Source of the DNA: a virus
DNA length: 64,000 nucleotides
IMG/VR virus record: IMGVR_UViG_3300045988_075599
Location: 6,354-70,353 of that record
Reading direction: 5' to 3' (one strand)
A program made the translations under genes and the position numbers. This document shows, in pieces, positions 55,009-63,898 of this stretch. Under the pieces are notes generated by a model. That model made no database searches, had not been told where the DNA came from, and was given only the letters and a program-made list of their open reading frames with translations. The first letter of the stretch is position 1. Each line of letters opens with the position of its first letter.

Positions 55009-56484
55009 TTAAAAGAATCTATTTACAATTTGTCCTTGTGATACCATGTTTTCTGTTGCGTTCATGGAATTTTGTACATCTCCTAATGTCACGGGTTTTC
55101 CATCCGCAGTAGTACCAACGATTGTGTTAGTGAATGTATCAAGCAACCCTTGATTTACATTGTTCTGTGCGTCTTGGTCTGCTGGGTTTGTGCCAGCTGG
55201 ATGTGACATCTCCTGAGACTGAGAAATAATCGACGCGGCAATGTTGTCGATCAGTTCATTAGCTGTACCTCTTCTACCAGTCTGCTCCATCATCATACCG
55301 TAGTCCGCTATCTTCTTTAATGCGGACTGTGTGGCAAGGTTACGAGCCTCAGTAGTAGAGCTTGGGTCCCAGATAATATTCTGAGCTTGTTTGAACTCTG
55401 GGCTATTGATTAACTTATCAACATTGTTTTTAATACTATCCTCATCTTCCACTACATATCCAAGAGGAGAACCGCTACTACCAGCAGAAGAAGCAGTACC
55501 ACCTTTTCCTTTACTATAAGAACCGCCATTGATAATAGCTGCGACTCTTGCTTTTTGCAATTCAAATTCTCTATCCTTATTTGCTTGTTCCTGTGCTGCT
55601 TTATACGCATTATTATTAAGTGTCATCTGTTGTCCAATCATTGCACCAAGGTCTGCCAGCTTCTTACTATTCGGGTCAAACTGTACACCAGTAAGAGCTG
55701 CACCAAGTTTGGCAAGAATGGCAATATTAGCGGTGTTATTACTCTTTGCAATTTGGTCAGCGAACTGCGCGGCCATTGTTTTCTGCATGTTCTTGTTGTC
55801 GATGGTGGCACCAGTGTGAGTAGCATCGGCAGACATCTTGTTAATCAAATCGAAGAAACGCTGGTTGCGATTGTGAGCGCCCATAGCTGCCGCTGTAATT
55901 TCTGGGGCTTGTCTCTGTAAATAGTCATTGAGGATTCTACGTTCTGGATTGATAGTCGGCTGGTTCACCATCTTGTTGATGAAATCCATTGGCAGTTGTT
56001 CATTCGGGTCGTTGAACTTACCGCCAGATTTGATGTAAGCGCCAATCAGATTTGTCTGATAAGGTGAGCCATTACTAGAAATAGAGTTTGGATTTGCACC
56101 AAGCATACCCATTACGTCCGATGTGTATTTGTCAATAGATGTCCCATTGCCATCAGTAAAGTCTCCATTACCAATGTTGCCTTCACCGCCAAGCCATGCT
56201 TGTACAGCACCCTTGACGCCATGTTTGTCAATCAAATCTGCCATGTATGCATGTGCTACTGCCTCTTGATTTGATGGCGACCAGTCCGTGCCATCAAGAC
56301 CGTGTTGTTCCGCGGCTCCTTCAAACGTTGAAGGCATAAACTGGTACTTACCACGAGCACCAGAGTCAGCAATAACGTTATATGGGTCTTCCTCGCCACC
56401 AGATTCTCTCTGGGCAATAGCTTGAAGTACCGAGTCAACAACGTTGTACTGCTGTCCTTCATTAAAGAAATCTGTAGCTGCCAT
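55009..56484 (-). CDS. virion-associated lytic transglycosylase (SLT domain) protein
   Basis: AIAQRESGGEEDPYNVIADSGARGKYQFMPSTF, an SLT catalytic Glu-Ser motif, at the N-terminus. Confidence 0.75.
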   Translation of the reverse strand: MAATDFFNEGQQYNVVDSVLQAIAQRESGGEEDPYNVIADSGARGKYQFMPSTFEGAAEQHGLDGTDWSPSNQEAVAHAYMADLIDKHGVKGAVQAWLGGEGNIGNGDFTDGNGTSIDKYTSDVMGMLGANPNSISSNGSPYQTNLIGAYIKSGGKFNDPNEQLPMDFINKMVNQPTINPERRILNDYLQRQAPEITAAAMGAHNRNQRFFDLINKMSADATHTGATIDNKNMQKTMAAQFADQIAKSNNTANIAILAKLGAALTGVQFDPNSKKLADLGAMIGQQMTLNNNAYKAAQEQANKDREFELQKARVAAIINGGSYSKGKGGTASSAGSSGSPLGYVVEDEDSIKNNVDKLINSPEFKQAQNIIWDPSSTTEARNLATQSALKKIADYGMMMEQTGRRGTANELIDNIAASIISQSQEMSHPAGTNPADQDAQNNVNQGLLDTFTNTIVGTTADGKPVTLGDVQNSMNATENMVSQGQIVNRFF

Positions 56485-57599
56485 TAGAACAATCCTCCAT
56501 ACCCATTATTACGAGCGAAAGACCTAGTGTAATCACCGACACGATATCCCATAGGCTGTGTCAAAGAATAGTTCTGCCAATTATCCATCGGGTTCTGTAC
56601 CATAGTCTGTGTACCTTGTGCATCAGCCGCACCGTTTCCTTTCGTTGCGTCATGGATACCCTGATACGCACCGTACAGTTGTCCCAGTCCACCGAGCTGA
56701 CCAAGACCATAGTTCTTAGCACCATTCAAAGCACCAGCCCAACCAGAACCACCAGTAGCAAGACCCACGACAGCACCTTTAAGCATAGAGCCAAGGAGTC
56801 CTGGGCCTTTGTTAGCAGCTTCCATCCCTTTATTTACGGCATCCTGCGTAGCTTTCTGTCCTTCCTCCTGAGACGCTTTGCTCAGTGTGCTATCTCTAGT
56901 CGGAAGGTTGGTCTGGTCTACCTGTGTAGCACTCTGCATCAGTTGACCTGCATCTGGTGTTGCGACATTGTTAGTGAGTGGCTGACCAGTAAACGGATTA
57001 GTCATGGAGTAATCGCCCACAGTAGGGAACAATCCTGGAGCAGGGTCGCCAATAGTCGGCGTAGACAGTGTACTCTGGTTTGGATTAGGGTAAAATTTAT
57101 TTGGGTTATAACCCTCATATGGGTTTTGATTATATTCCTTCAGTGTATGCTGCTGTGCATAGCCCATGTTAGCATGTTCTCCGAATCTATCTTTCCAAGA
57201 GTTCGAGTTAGTCATGATGTATGCGAGTCTATCATTGTCAACGTTTGTAATACCGTAGTCGGCAAGCAGTCCCATAACATGTGGGTCAGCTTTCAATTTA
57301 TCAACATCATACGTACCATCGTCGTTACGGTACTGTCCAACACCATTGATGATGTCGTTTGCCTGTTTAAGTCCAGCAGTAACATTGGTATCGTAGCGAA
57401 TCTTAGCGTCATCGCGGTTGTGTCTTCCCTGTGCGAACAGGCCAATCAGCCCACTCTTTCCGTCGCCACCATTGGCTGCGTTAAGAGCGTTAGCGACCTG
57501 CGTGAGGAAACCGTCTCCACTACCAGAAAGCAACCCACCAAGTCCACCCAGCGGCCCGTGAGATACTTCCCAGTTGTGAGTAACAGGAGCAACAATCAT
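56484..57599 (-). CDS. Gly-rich internal virion/ejection protein candidate
   Basis: ORF track. GGLGGLLSGSGDG and GLATGGSGWAG stretches. TAATG coupling to the SLT gene. Confidence 0.35.
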   Translation of the reverse strand: MIVAPVTHNWEVSHGPLGGLGGLLSGSGDGFLTQVANALNAANGGDGKSGLIGLFAQGRHNRDDAKIRYDTNVTAGLKQANDIINGVGQYRNDDGTYDVDKLKADPHVMGLLADYGITNVDNDRLAYIMTNSNSWKDRFGEHANMGYAQQHTLKEYNQNPYEGYNPNKFYPNPNQSTLSTPTIGDPAPGLFPTVGDYSMTNPFTGQPLTNNVATPDAGQLMQSATQVDQTNLPTRDSTLSKASQEEGQKATQDAVNKGMEAANKGPGLLGSMLKGAVVGLATGGSGWAGALNGAKNYGLGQLGGLGQLYGAYQGIHDATKGNGAADAQGTQTMVQNPMDNWQNYSLTQPMGYRVGDYTRSFARNNGYGGLF

Positions 57600-57615
57600 T
57601 TATATATCACCTCTC

Positions 57616-58347
57616 TTAGAATAATCCAGTCTTAGACCGAGTGTTTGTATTAGTCGCAATGTACGATGCGTTATTGTATACGTTACCAACGGAGTTAAGC
57701 GTATTGTTGCCAGAAGTATTCACGCCACTAGCAAGAGCCAGCCACTGTGCAGGTAAGTACATACTATTCGCCTGAGTAGAAGAGTTAAGATTATACTTAT
57801 CGTTAGCGTTCTGAACCTGCGAGTTAATGAGGTTAAGGTTCTGACCAAGCGTGTTGTTGGTAAGGTTAGCAGCCTGATTAAGATTATTAGCGTAATCCTG
57901 TGCCATCTGGTTAGACAGGTTCTTCTGAATCTGGTTGGTAGCGTTATTCAGTGCGGAAGAATTGATTACGCCACGACTAGCAAGGTCATTAAGTCCTGCA
58001 CCCATGCTGGTTTTGTACATGTTATTGTACACCGTCTGCATATTCTGCAGATACTGTTGCGGTAATTGACCATTGCTAATTTGGTCTAACTGGCTGGTGT
58101 ATCTATTCAGTCCCTGAATCTGGCTGCTAGCATTGTTCAGAGTGTTTGCCATGTCGTTATGAACTTTATTCCAGTCTGGCTGATATACGTTACCGATCGA
58201 ACTATTAGATTTGTTGATAAGTTTATCAACAGCCGGTTGAATACTTTGCATATACCTAGTCTGGGCTGCAATAAGATCCTTTTCTTCCTGCGATAGTTCT
58301 CTTTGTTTTACTTCCTGAGAGGAAGAAGACTTGGAGTGTCCCCCCAT
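57616..58347 (-). CDS. Asn/Gln-rich internal virion protein candidate
   Basis: ORF track. Strongly N/Q-biased helical-looking sequence. Confidence 0.35.
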   Translation of the reverse strand: MGGHSKSSSSQEVKQRELSQEEKDLIAAQTRYMQSIQPAVDKLINKSNSSIGNVYQPDWNKVHNDMANTLNNASSQIQGLNRYTSQLDQISNGQLPQQYLQNMQTVYNNMYKTSMGAGLNDLASRGVINSSALNNATNQIQKNLSNQMAQDYANNLNQAANLTNNTLGQNLNLINSQVQNANDKYNLNSSTQANSMYLPAQWLALASGVNTSGNNTLNSVGNVYNNASYIATNTNTRSKTGLF

Positions 58348-58757
58348 CAGTTCACGTCCTTTCTGATAATAGCGTATCCGTCTTGCATAGAAATAAACTT
58401 ACTATGTGTTAATCGTGTATACGCTTTGTAGTTCCTATTTGTAAATGTATAGCACGTTTTGATATTTAAGATACGACAGATAGTACAAACATATTCCCAG
58501 ATTGCTTGCCACTTACAATTAGATGGCCCAATCTGTAAATACTTGTCGTAAATATTAAACAAGAAGAAACTACCGTCGTCCCAAAACTTAACGTACTTAA
58601 ACCCCTTACATTCTTCGCTTAATGTTTCTCCAGTCTTTTCTTCGTACCGTTTAATTTTAGCTGGTAGTTTCTTCTTGTCAAAATCAACGGGAGTTAATTG
58701 CGTCAGCGAGAGAAGTCCACTGTCCTGTGTTTCCATTGTTTCTAGCCCCACTTCCAT
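58347..58757 (-). CDS. hypothetical protein
   Basis: ORF track. It overlaps the upstream gene by about 70 nt, so the start is uncertain. Confidence 0.35.
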   Translation of the reverse strand: MEVGLETMETQDSGLLSLTQLTPVDFDKKKLPAKIKRYEEKTGETLSEECKGFKYVKFWDDGSFFLFNIYDKYLQIGPSNCKWQAIWEYVCTICRILNIKTCYTFTNRNYKAYTRLTHSKFISMQDGYAIIRKDVN

Positions 58758-60228
58758 CTGTACTTGTAATCACGGTTGCTGATAAATGTTCCAAATCAAT
58801 TCTAGCTTTAGTAGAAACCTCATATTGTAATGTTTCTGCTCTAATCTGTGTACGAATATGGTGCGGTTCAGAGTCGTTCGTTGTGCAAACAACATTACCA
58901 TTACATGTAAAATACACATCTTTCATATCATTCGTTGGTCTACTGACTTTAATATTATTTACAAAAGAACACAGGTTATCATAATCGTGTAACTTTCTGC
59001 TTGTGTACCTCTGTTCGATTTCTACGCCGCCATAATCATTACTAAGCTCATCATTAAAGTAGCTAAGATATCCACTCCCGTTTCGTTCCCACGCAACAAG
59101 GACACCGTTCTGCGTCTCTACCATGTCGTGAATAATCGTGTCAGTACCAAAAGACCACTTGGTGAAAGCACCTTTATCGTAGTGGAACACGAACAGGCTA
59201 CTGTGATAATTCTTAGCGATTACCATTTGTCTTCTATCGCGAAGGTCTGCAACCCATGGAGTAGATACGCCATCCATGATTTCAGGATTGCATTTCTGCC
59301 CGAACTCTTCAGTGCTATAGTTACCATAGGTAGCAGAGTTCGTTAGCTTTCTAAGACCCTGCGTAGAAACAAAAGCAATGTCGTTAGCAAAAGACATGAT
59401 TCCATCCTGACTAATGGCGTCAGAGTTAATACCAACCAGAGAGATGTACCAGTTAGGAACTTCACCAGCTACAGTATAAACATTGCCAGAAGTTTTGAAT
59501 ACTACGATATCTGTAGACATCGGGATGATAGCCAAGAATTTACCTGCGTCATCAGCACCAACGTTATTAATGTATTTAGCAGAAGATTCGTCATCTGGGT
59601 CATCGTACTCAATCCCGATAGCCTTTTCGCTTAACGCATCGCCTACTGCTGAATAGTAGATGGTATCATCACCAGAGGCAGCACAAACAAGTCTACCAGA
59701 TTTATAATAAAGCATGTCTACATTAGGACTGTTGTTTAGTGAACCGCTAGAAATAGATGAGCCATCAAGGGTTACAAACTTATTCCTTTGAGACACTAGC
59801 CATGTTGGTGGAGTTACCAAATACGCCTGTAGCTTTCTTCCGCTGGCAACAAAAATATTACCACCGAAGTTAAGGCAGTTTGGTCTATCGGAAGTACCAG
59901 ATAGCTGTCCAATATCAGAGATGACGCCAGTACCAGACAAAGACTTCATCATTTTCTTTTGTCCTGTTCTTCCAGTAAAGTAGTAAATCATTTTGGTAGA
60001 ATTGTCGTACCAGAGCTTTGTAATTGGGTCTGGCTCAGTAGCGACTGGTTCGCCCAACGCTGGTCTGGTACACAGCTTACCCGTGTAGAAGTTGAACTGG
60101 AAGTTGGTGGCATCAACACATTCATTGTCGGCGATTTTATCTGGCTCTCTGGAGATGTTAATGCCACCCGTATTATCGCTAAACTCAAGCTGCTGTTTAG
60201 CTTCATGTTTACGTACTTGATATGCCAT
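58684..60228 (-). CDS. tail structural protein candidate (beta-rich)
   Basis: ORF track. Positioned between the lysis cassette and the ejection proteins. No diagnostic motif. Confidence 0.3.
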   Translation of the reverse strand: MAYQVRKHEAKQQLEFSDNTGGINISREPDKIADNECVDATNFQFNFYTGKLCTRPALGEPVATEPDPITKLWYDNSTKMIYYFTGRTGQKKMMKSLSGTGVISDIGQLSGTSDRPNCLNFGGNIFVASGRKLQAYLVTPPTWLVSQRNKFVTLDGSSISSGSLNNSPNVDMLYYKSGRLVCAASGDDTIYYSAVGDALSEKAIGIEYDDPDDESSAKYINNVGADDAGKFLAIIPMSTDIVVFKTSGNVYTVAGEVPNWYISLVGINSDAISQDGIMSFANDIAFVSTQGLRKLTNSATYGNYSTEEFGQKCNPEIMDGVSTPWVADLRDRRQMVIAKNYHSSLFVFHYDKGAFTKWSFGTDTIIHDMVETQNGVLVAWERNGSGYLSYFNDELSNDYGGVEIEQRYTSRKLHDYDNLCSFVNNIKVSRPTNDMKDVYFTCNGNVVCTTNDSEPHHIRTQIRAETLQYEVSTKARIDLEHLSATVITSTDGSGARNNGNTGQWTSLADAINSR

Positions 60229-60235
60229 ATATCAC

Positions 60236-60667
60236 CTACAGTAATTTGTAAAACAATCCGATGAAGTCTTTGTTGCCAACAACACTGACATCGTGGTATT
60301 CAATATCAATAGCTGGCTTGACTTTATCATCCAAGTACACCAAGCCGATACTAGCGTTTACCGTTTTCGGCTTCAACCTTTTCAATTCTTTCTTCGATTC
60401 GGTCAAGGATTTCTGAAGTTGATTGTTCGATTCTTCGGCTTTCGTCAACGCCACTCTCGATTCGTCCAGTTGTTTCTTTAGCGTTGTCAACTCCTGCTTC
60501 TGCTTTTCCAATGTTGCCAGCTGTTTCTTGTTGTTGCTCCTCAGCTGCGTCAAGTCTTGTTTGAAGTCTGTCCAATCTTTCTGACTGATAGTCATATCCG
60601 CAGCTGAAGCCACTGATGAAGCAGACAAGAGCAAGCACGAAGATAACAATAGCACGTTTAATTTCAT
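60236..60667 (-). CDS. secreted/lipobox-like coiled-coil protein candidate, frame B (overlaps frame A over about 320 nt)
   Basis: MKLNVLLLSSCLLLSASSVASAAD, then heptad-like QLATLEKQKQELTTLKKQLDESRVALTKAEE. It starts 7 nt downstream of the frame A start. Confidence 0.4.
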   Translation of the reverse strand: MKLNVLLLSSCLLLSASSVASAADMTISQKDWTDFKQDLTQLRSNNKKQLATLEKQKQELTTLKKQLDESRVALTKAEESNNQLQKSLTESKKELKRLKPKTVNASIGLVYLDDKVKPAIDIEYHDVSVVGNKDFIGLFYKLL

Positions 60668-60674
60668 TAGTCAT
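60351..60674 (-). CDS. spanin-like protein candidate, frame A (N-terminal TM plus charged helical region)
   Basis: MTNEIKRAIVIFVLALVCFISGFSCG, then ERLDRLQTRLDAAEEQQQE... Its ATG overlaps the endolysin stop region. Confidence 0.35.
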   Translation of the reverse strand: MTNEIKRAIVIFVLALVCFISGFSCGYDYQSERLDRLQTRLDAAEEQQQETAGNIGKAEAGVDNAKETTGRIESGVDESRRIEQSTSEILDRIEERIEKVEAENGKR

Positions 60675-61251
60675 ACCATTCCTCTACGTCATAATAATCA
60701 TTGCCAATTTTATAAGAATCCGAATACTGCCACATCTTAGCTGGACGTTCTGGATGTTCGTCGTTCCAGTAATTAGTGTTACTATAGTTAGCTACCCACA
60801 GCTGTACATAATCTGGCAGTGCACCAACATCAATGTCATCAGTCAGTCCATAGTATCCAGAATATACACCAACTGGAACATCGTGAGTATACTCCGTAAT
60901 TACATTCAGAAAAGCCATGACAATCTCCGCTCTCTCGAAAGGAGTTCCATCTGGCATATTAGATTCTTCCATATCGAACCAGATGCCAAGAGACAGGTCA
61001 GCTCCTTCGTATTCGTCCAGCTTGTCAACAAGTGCCATAGCTTCCTGCTCCGCACGGAGTTTATTTCGTGCATGAGTAAAGCAGTATACACCGACTGGTA
61101 CGCCTTGGTCGAGCGCGTTGTTCATGTGTCTATCGAAGTCCTCATCAATGTCAGTGCCTTCACTAATCTTGACGATTACTCCCTTGATTGGGTCTGGAGC
61201 CTCCTCGAGGTTTGGATTCTCCCTCCACCCATTCACGTCGATTACTTTCAT
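60667..61251 (-). CDS. endolysin, glycoside hydrolase family 25 muramidase
   Basis: VIDVNGW...GVIVKISEGTDIDEDF...GVPVGVYCFTHA...GIWFDMEE...MWQYS pattern. SD TGGAGGGT. Confidence 0.8.
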   Translation of the reverse strand: MKVIDVNGWRENPNLEEAPDPIKGVIVKISEGTDIDEDFDRHMNNALDQGVPVGVYCFTHARNKLRAEQEAMALVDKLDEYEGADLSLGIWFDMEESNMPDGTPFERAEIVMAFLNVITEYTHDVPVGVYSGYYGLTDDIDVGALPDYVQLWVANYSNTNYWNDEHPERPAKMWQYSDSYKIGNDYYDVEEWYD

Positions 61252-61546
61252 TTTTACCCTCCAAAAAATCTGGTATTTTATTACCGTCGTTATCAGTTTT
61301 AATTTTCAAGAACATCAGTAATGCAGCCATCGCAGCTGGTGAACACATGAGTGTGCCTAGTGCAATTAAATCGGACAGCACTACTTTCCCCAACACAAAC
61401 CACATCCATAGCCAAGCCACGTTATATACCACGAAGAGATACGCATAAGCCCACAGGATTACGTTTACCCACCGATAGTTCTTAGGCGTCTTGCCAATGT
61501 CAATGGTGTGTTTGATTGCTTTCCTTAGCGTATTCAGAATGTTCAT
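61163..61546 (-). CDS. holin candidate (2-3 TM segments)
   Basis: WVNVILWAYAYLFVVYNVAWLWMWFVLG and LIALGTLMCSPAAMAALLMFL. It lies directly upstream of the endolysin and overlaps it by 89 nt. Confidence 0.5.
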   Translation of the reverse strand: MNILNTLRKAIKHTIDIGKTPKNYRWVNVILWAYAYLFVVYNVAWLWMWFVLGKVVLSDLIALGTLMCSPAAMAALLMFLKIKTDNDGNKIPDFLEGKNESNRREWVEGESKPRGGSRPNQGSNRQD

Positions 61547-61812
61547 TGTCGTCCCTCTAGTTTGTGAACCTCTGCCTCAATAGCATCAAGGCGAGTCTTG
61601 TTAATAGAGTGTGCCTCTTCCAATCTAGCAATACGCTTATCCAAGCCGCGTCTATCCACAGCACTGCGTTCAAGTTCCTTGCGAAGTTCTTCCAGCAAGT
61701 TATTATTCTGTGCAATAGCCGTCTTCAGTGGGCTAAGTACAACAAAATTAAATGCTCCGCTGACGAATGTAGCAATAGAGAGCACAGCTAAAATATCGTC
61801 CCAAATAAGCAT
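61543..61812 (-). CDS. membrane-anchored coiled-coil protein (lysis-cassette accessory)
   Basis: N-terminal TM ILAVLSIATFVSGAFNFVVL followed by a charged helix. SD AAGGAGG. Confidence 0.4.
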   Translation of the reverse strand: MLIWDDILAVLSIATFVSGAFNFVVLSPLKTAIAQNNNLLEELRKELERSAVDRRGLDKRIARLEEAHSINKTRLDAIEAEVHKLEGRQ

Positions 61813-61820
61813 AGTCCTCC

Positions 61821-62177
61821 TTACGTTCCATCTGTCTTAGATACATACAGACCGTCGGCAGTAGAACGAGTAATATATCCAGAATCGTTAGTTAATTGAG
61901 ATACCTTTGTTGGTACAGCAGGTACTGTTGGAATATCAGACTTCTTAGCATACTTTGTGAGCATGCCGTTCAGTGCATCAATCGTTACGTACTGTGCCTC
62001 TGACGCTGGTGCCGTCTCATAGTTAATGATAGCAGACACGTACCTAGAATCGCCGATAGTTACTGGATATACATTCATAATCCTATATCCAGAACCAACC
62101 AGCGTAGCAATTCTGTCGTTGATTGCCTGAGTCATCATATCTGTTTTCTGTGCTGTTACACAGTCTACCTTGTACAT
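61821..62177 (-). CDS. hypothetical protein with a tail-fibre-type C-terminal motif
   Basis: C-terminal KVSQLTNDSGYIT...DGLYVSK resembles the widespread xLxNDxGY fibre motif. Confidence 0.3.
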   Translation of the reverse strand: MYKVDCVTAQKTDMMTQAINDRIATLVGSGYRIMNVYPVTIGDSRYVSAIINYETAPASEAQYVTIDALNGMLTKYAKKSDIPTVPAVPTKVSQLTNDSGYITRSTADGLYVSKTDGT

Positions 62178-62194
62178 ATTATCTCCTTTAATGT

Positions 62195-62222
62195 AAATAA
62201 AAAAGGGGGCGTTGCCGCCCCC
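62195..62222 (-). terminator. rho-independent terminator
   Basis: Minus strand reads GGGGGCG-gcaa-CGCCCCC followed by TTTTTTATTT. Confidence 0.75.
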
Positions 62223-62233
62223 TAGGTTATGTG

Positions 62234-62825
62234 TTATGCCGTAGCAGTTGGAGTCGCATACGGATTAGCTACCGTATACGCTGGCTGAGGAAATGGTCTC
62301 AGCTGATTAACAATCATGGCAGTCTGTGCACACTGCCCGACATTAAACTGAGCCGCCTGCAGTTCTCTATCCTTTTCTGCCAGTTTATCACGAAGTTCCT
62401 GCATCGTGTTTGCAGTAATCAGAGCACGAGTCTTCTCCGCTTCTTCGTGAATAGCATTTGTAATCTTGCAGGTGTTCTGATAGTTCTCTGTCTTGACGGA
62501 GGTCGTAGTTACCCTGCATGATAGTCTTTTCCAGTCCAGCGCGAGTGTTCAAAATAGAGTTATTAAGAGCAAACGTAGAATCAGAAAGCCCATAAGTAAC
62601 ACCGCGAATCTGTCCCATTTCGTCTTGATGATTAAACCCTGCTTGCATCTCTGCCTGAGTAAGACCGCTGCCACGGTTCCCCCAACCGAAGCCACCGCCA
62701 CCCATAAGAGCAAAGATAGCAATCATCCACATGAACCACATACCACCGCCATTACAGCCAAAACCGTCTCCGTATCCGCCATTGACAGGCATTACGGGCG
62801 TAATCCCAGTACCTTCCATAAGCAT
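62234..62825 (-). CDS. Gly-rich membrane protein apparently split by a +1 frame change (frame A 62388..62825, frame B open 62234..62548)
   Basis: The frame A tail looks unnatural (YKCYSRRSGEDSCSDYCKHDAGTS). Frame B reads NAIHEEAEKTRALITANTMQELRDKLAEKDRELQAAQFNV...NPYATPTATA and ends just before the terminator. Confidence 0.4.
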
Positions 62826-62871
62826 ACATCCTAGAAGTAGAACAAAGGTTGGAATTTTATATAAACCCTAG

Positions 62872-63054
62872 CTAGAGGTTTAAGCCATACTGCGACAAAA
62901 ACTGATTAAGCTGTTCCTTACTCATCCCAGCACTATTACCTAGGTTCTGTGCAATGCCAGCAAGTTCTTCAGGAGACTTGCCTTGGCACATATCGAATAC
63001 ACGTTTGGCGATTGGGTCAGACTGTACCCGACTCATGAACTGGTTGTACATCAC
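62872..63054 (-). CDS. hypothetical small protein
   Basis: ORF track. Confidence 0.35.
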   Translation of the reverse strand: MMYNQFMSRVQSDPIAKRVFDMCQGKSPEELAGIAQNLGNSAGMSKEQLNQFLSQYGLNL

Positions 63055-63376
63055 CTACTGGGGATTCATTGGCTGCTGTTGATACATTTACATCCGCTCC
63101 TTTCATCTGAGCAACAATACTTTCAAGGTTCGCAATCCGTTCCTCGATTGTTTTGTTATTAGATGGTGTTTCCTGCAGAACGTATTTGCGAATCACAGCC
63201 TTGCCATTCATATCAATAAACTTAGTGCAAATAGCACTATTATCATTCAGCACGAAATACGATACACGTCCGTCCAGTGGAACACGGCAAGCAGAAACCG
63301 CGTCTACATTCGGGACACGCTGGATGACCTCATAACCATAATTAGCGTTTGGATAGACATAACTATCAAGGTACAT
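63017..63376 (-). CDS. hypothetical protein
   Basis: ORF track. SD GAAAGGAGTGG. Confidence 0.45.
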   Translation of the reverse strand: MYLDSYVYPNANYGYEVIQRVPNVDAVSACRVPLDGRVSYFVLNDNSAICTKFIDMNGKAVIRKYVLQETPSNNKTIEERIANLESIVAQMKGADVNVSTAANESPVGDVQPVHESGTV

Positions 63377-63417
63377 ATTACCACTCCTTTCTTATACCCT
63401 CTCTATTGATATAAGAA

Positions 63418-63864
63418 TTAGATTGTGGCTACGTACTGTTTGAACAATTTACCCTCTGGCATATCGGGGTCATCCCAATAGAGGGCTTTAGCTACTGCGA
63501 TATACTTTTCAGGGTCTTTGCCCAAGACGTTAGAGAGGTCACTATAGAGCATGTTAATCGCGTAATACAAATCTGCAGGATGGTCAATGTTGCGTTTATT
63601 AGCTTCCTCTTCCACTTCTGCAAATGTCCAGTGCGGGCCAGTAGTACCGTCAACGTTTTCCGTGTGAGCTACCGCCTTGATAGCAATGTCGGTATCAAAG
63701 TACGGGCCGCAATCCAGCTCGTGTAGTTTAAGCAGTAGATGTTTTGCTTTCGGGTCTGCAGTTTCCAAAGTAAGACTATCCAAATATTCACAAATAGCAT
63801 TATGCAATTCGCGAGTCTTCTCATTGTCTGAAGACATATCAAGATATTCCCTAGCAGTAAGCAT
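63418..63864 (-). CDS. hypothetical protein
   Basis: ORF track. SD TAGGGGG. Confidence 0.45.
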   Translation of the reverse strand: MLTAREYLDMSSDNEKTRELHNAICEYLDSLTLETADPKAKHLLLKLHELDCGPYFDTDIAIKAVAHTENVDGTTGPHWTFAEVEEEANKRNIDHPADLYYAINMLYSDLSNVLGKDPEKYIAVAKALYWDDPDMPEGKLFKQYVATI

Positions 63865-63898
63865 ATTAACCCCCTATAGTAAAATCAAATTACAATCC

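Noticed and set aside
61163-61251. The 89-nt overlap of the holin candidate with the endolysin as a regulatory feature
   Set aside because: The hydrophilic tail of the holin ORF may simply be real. Overlaps of this size occur in lysis cassettes, and nothing in the sequence points to frameshifting.
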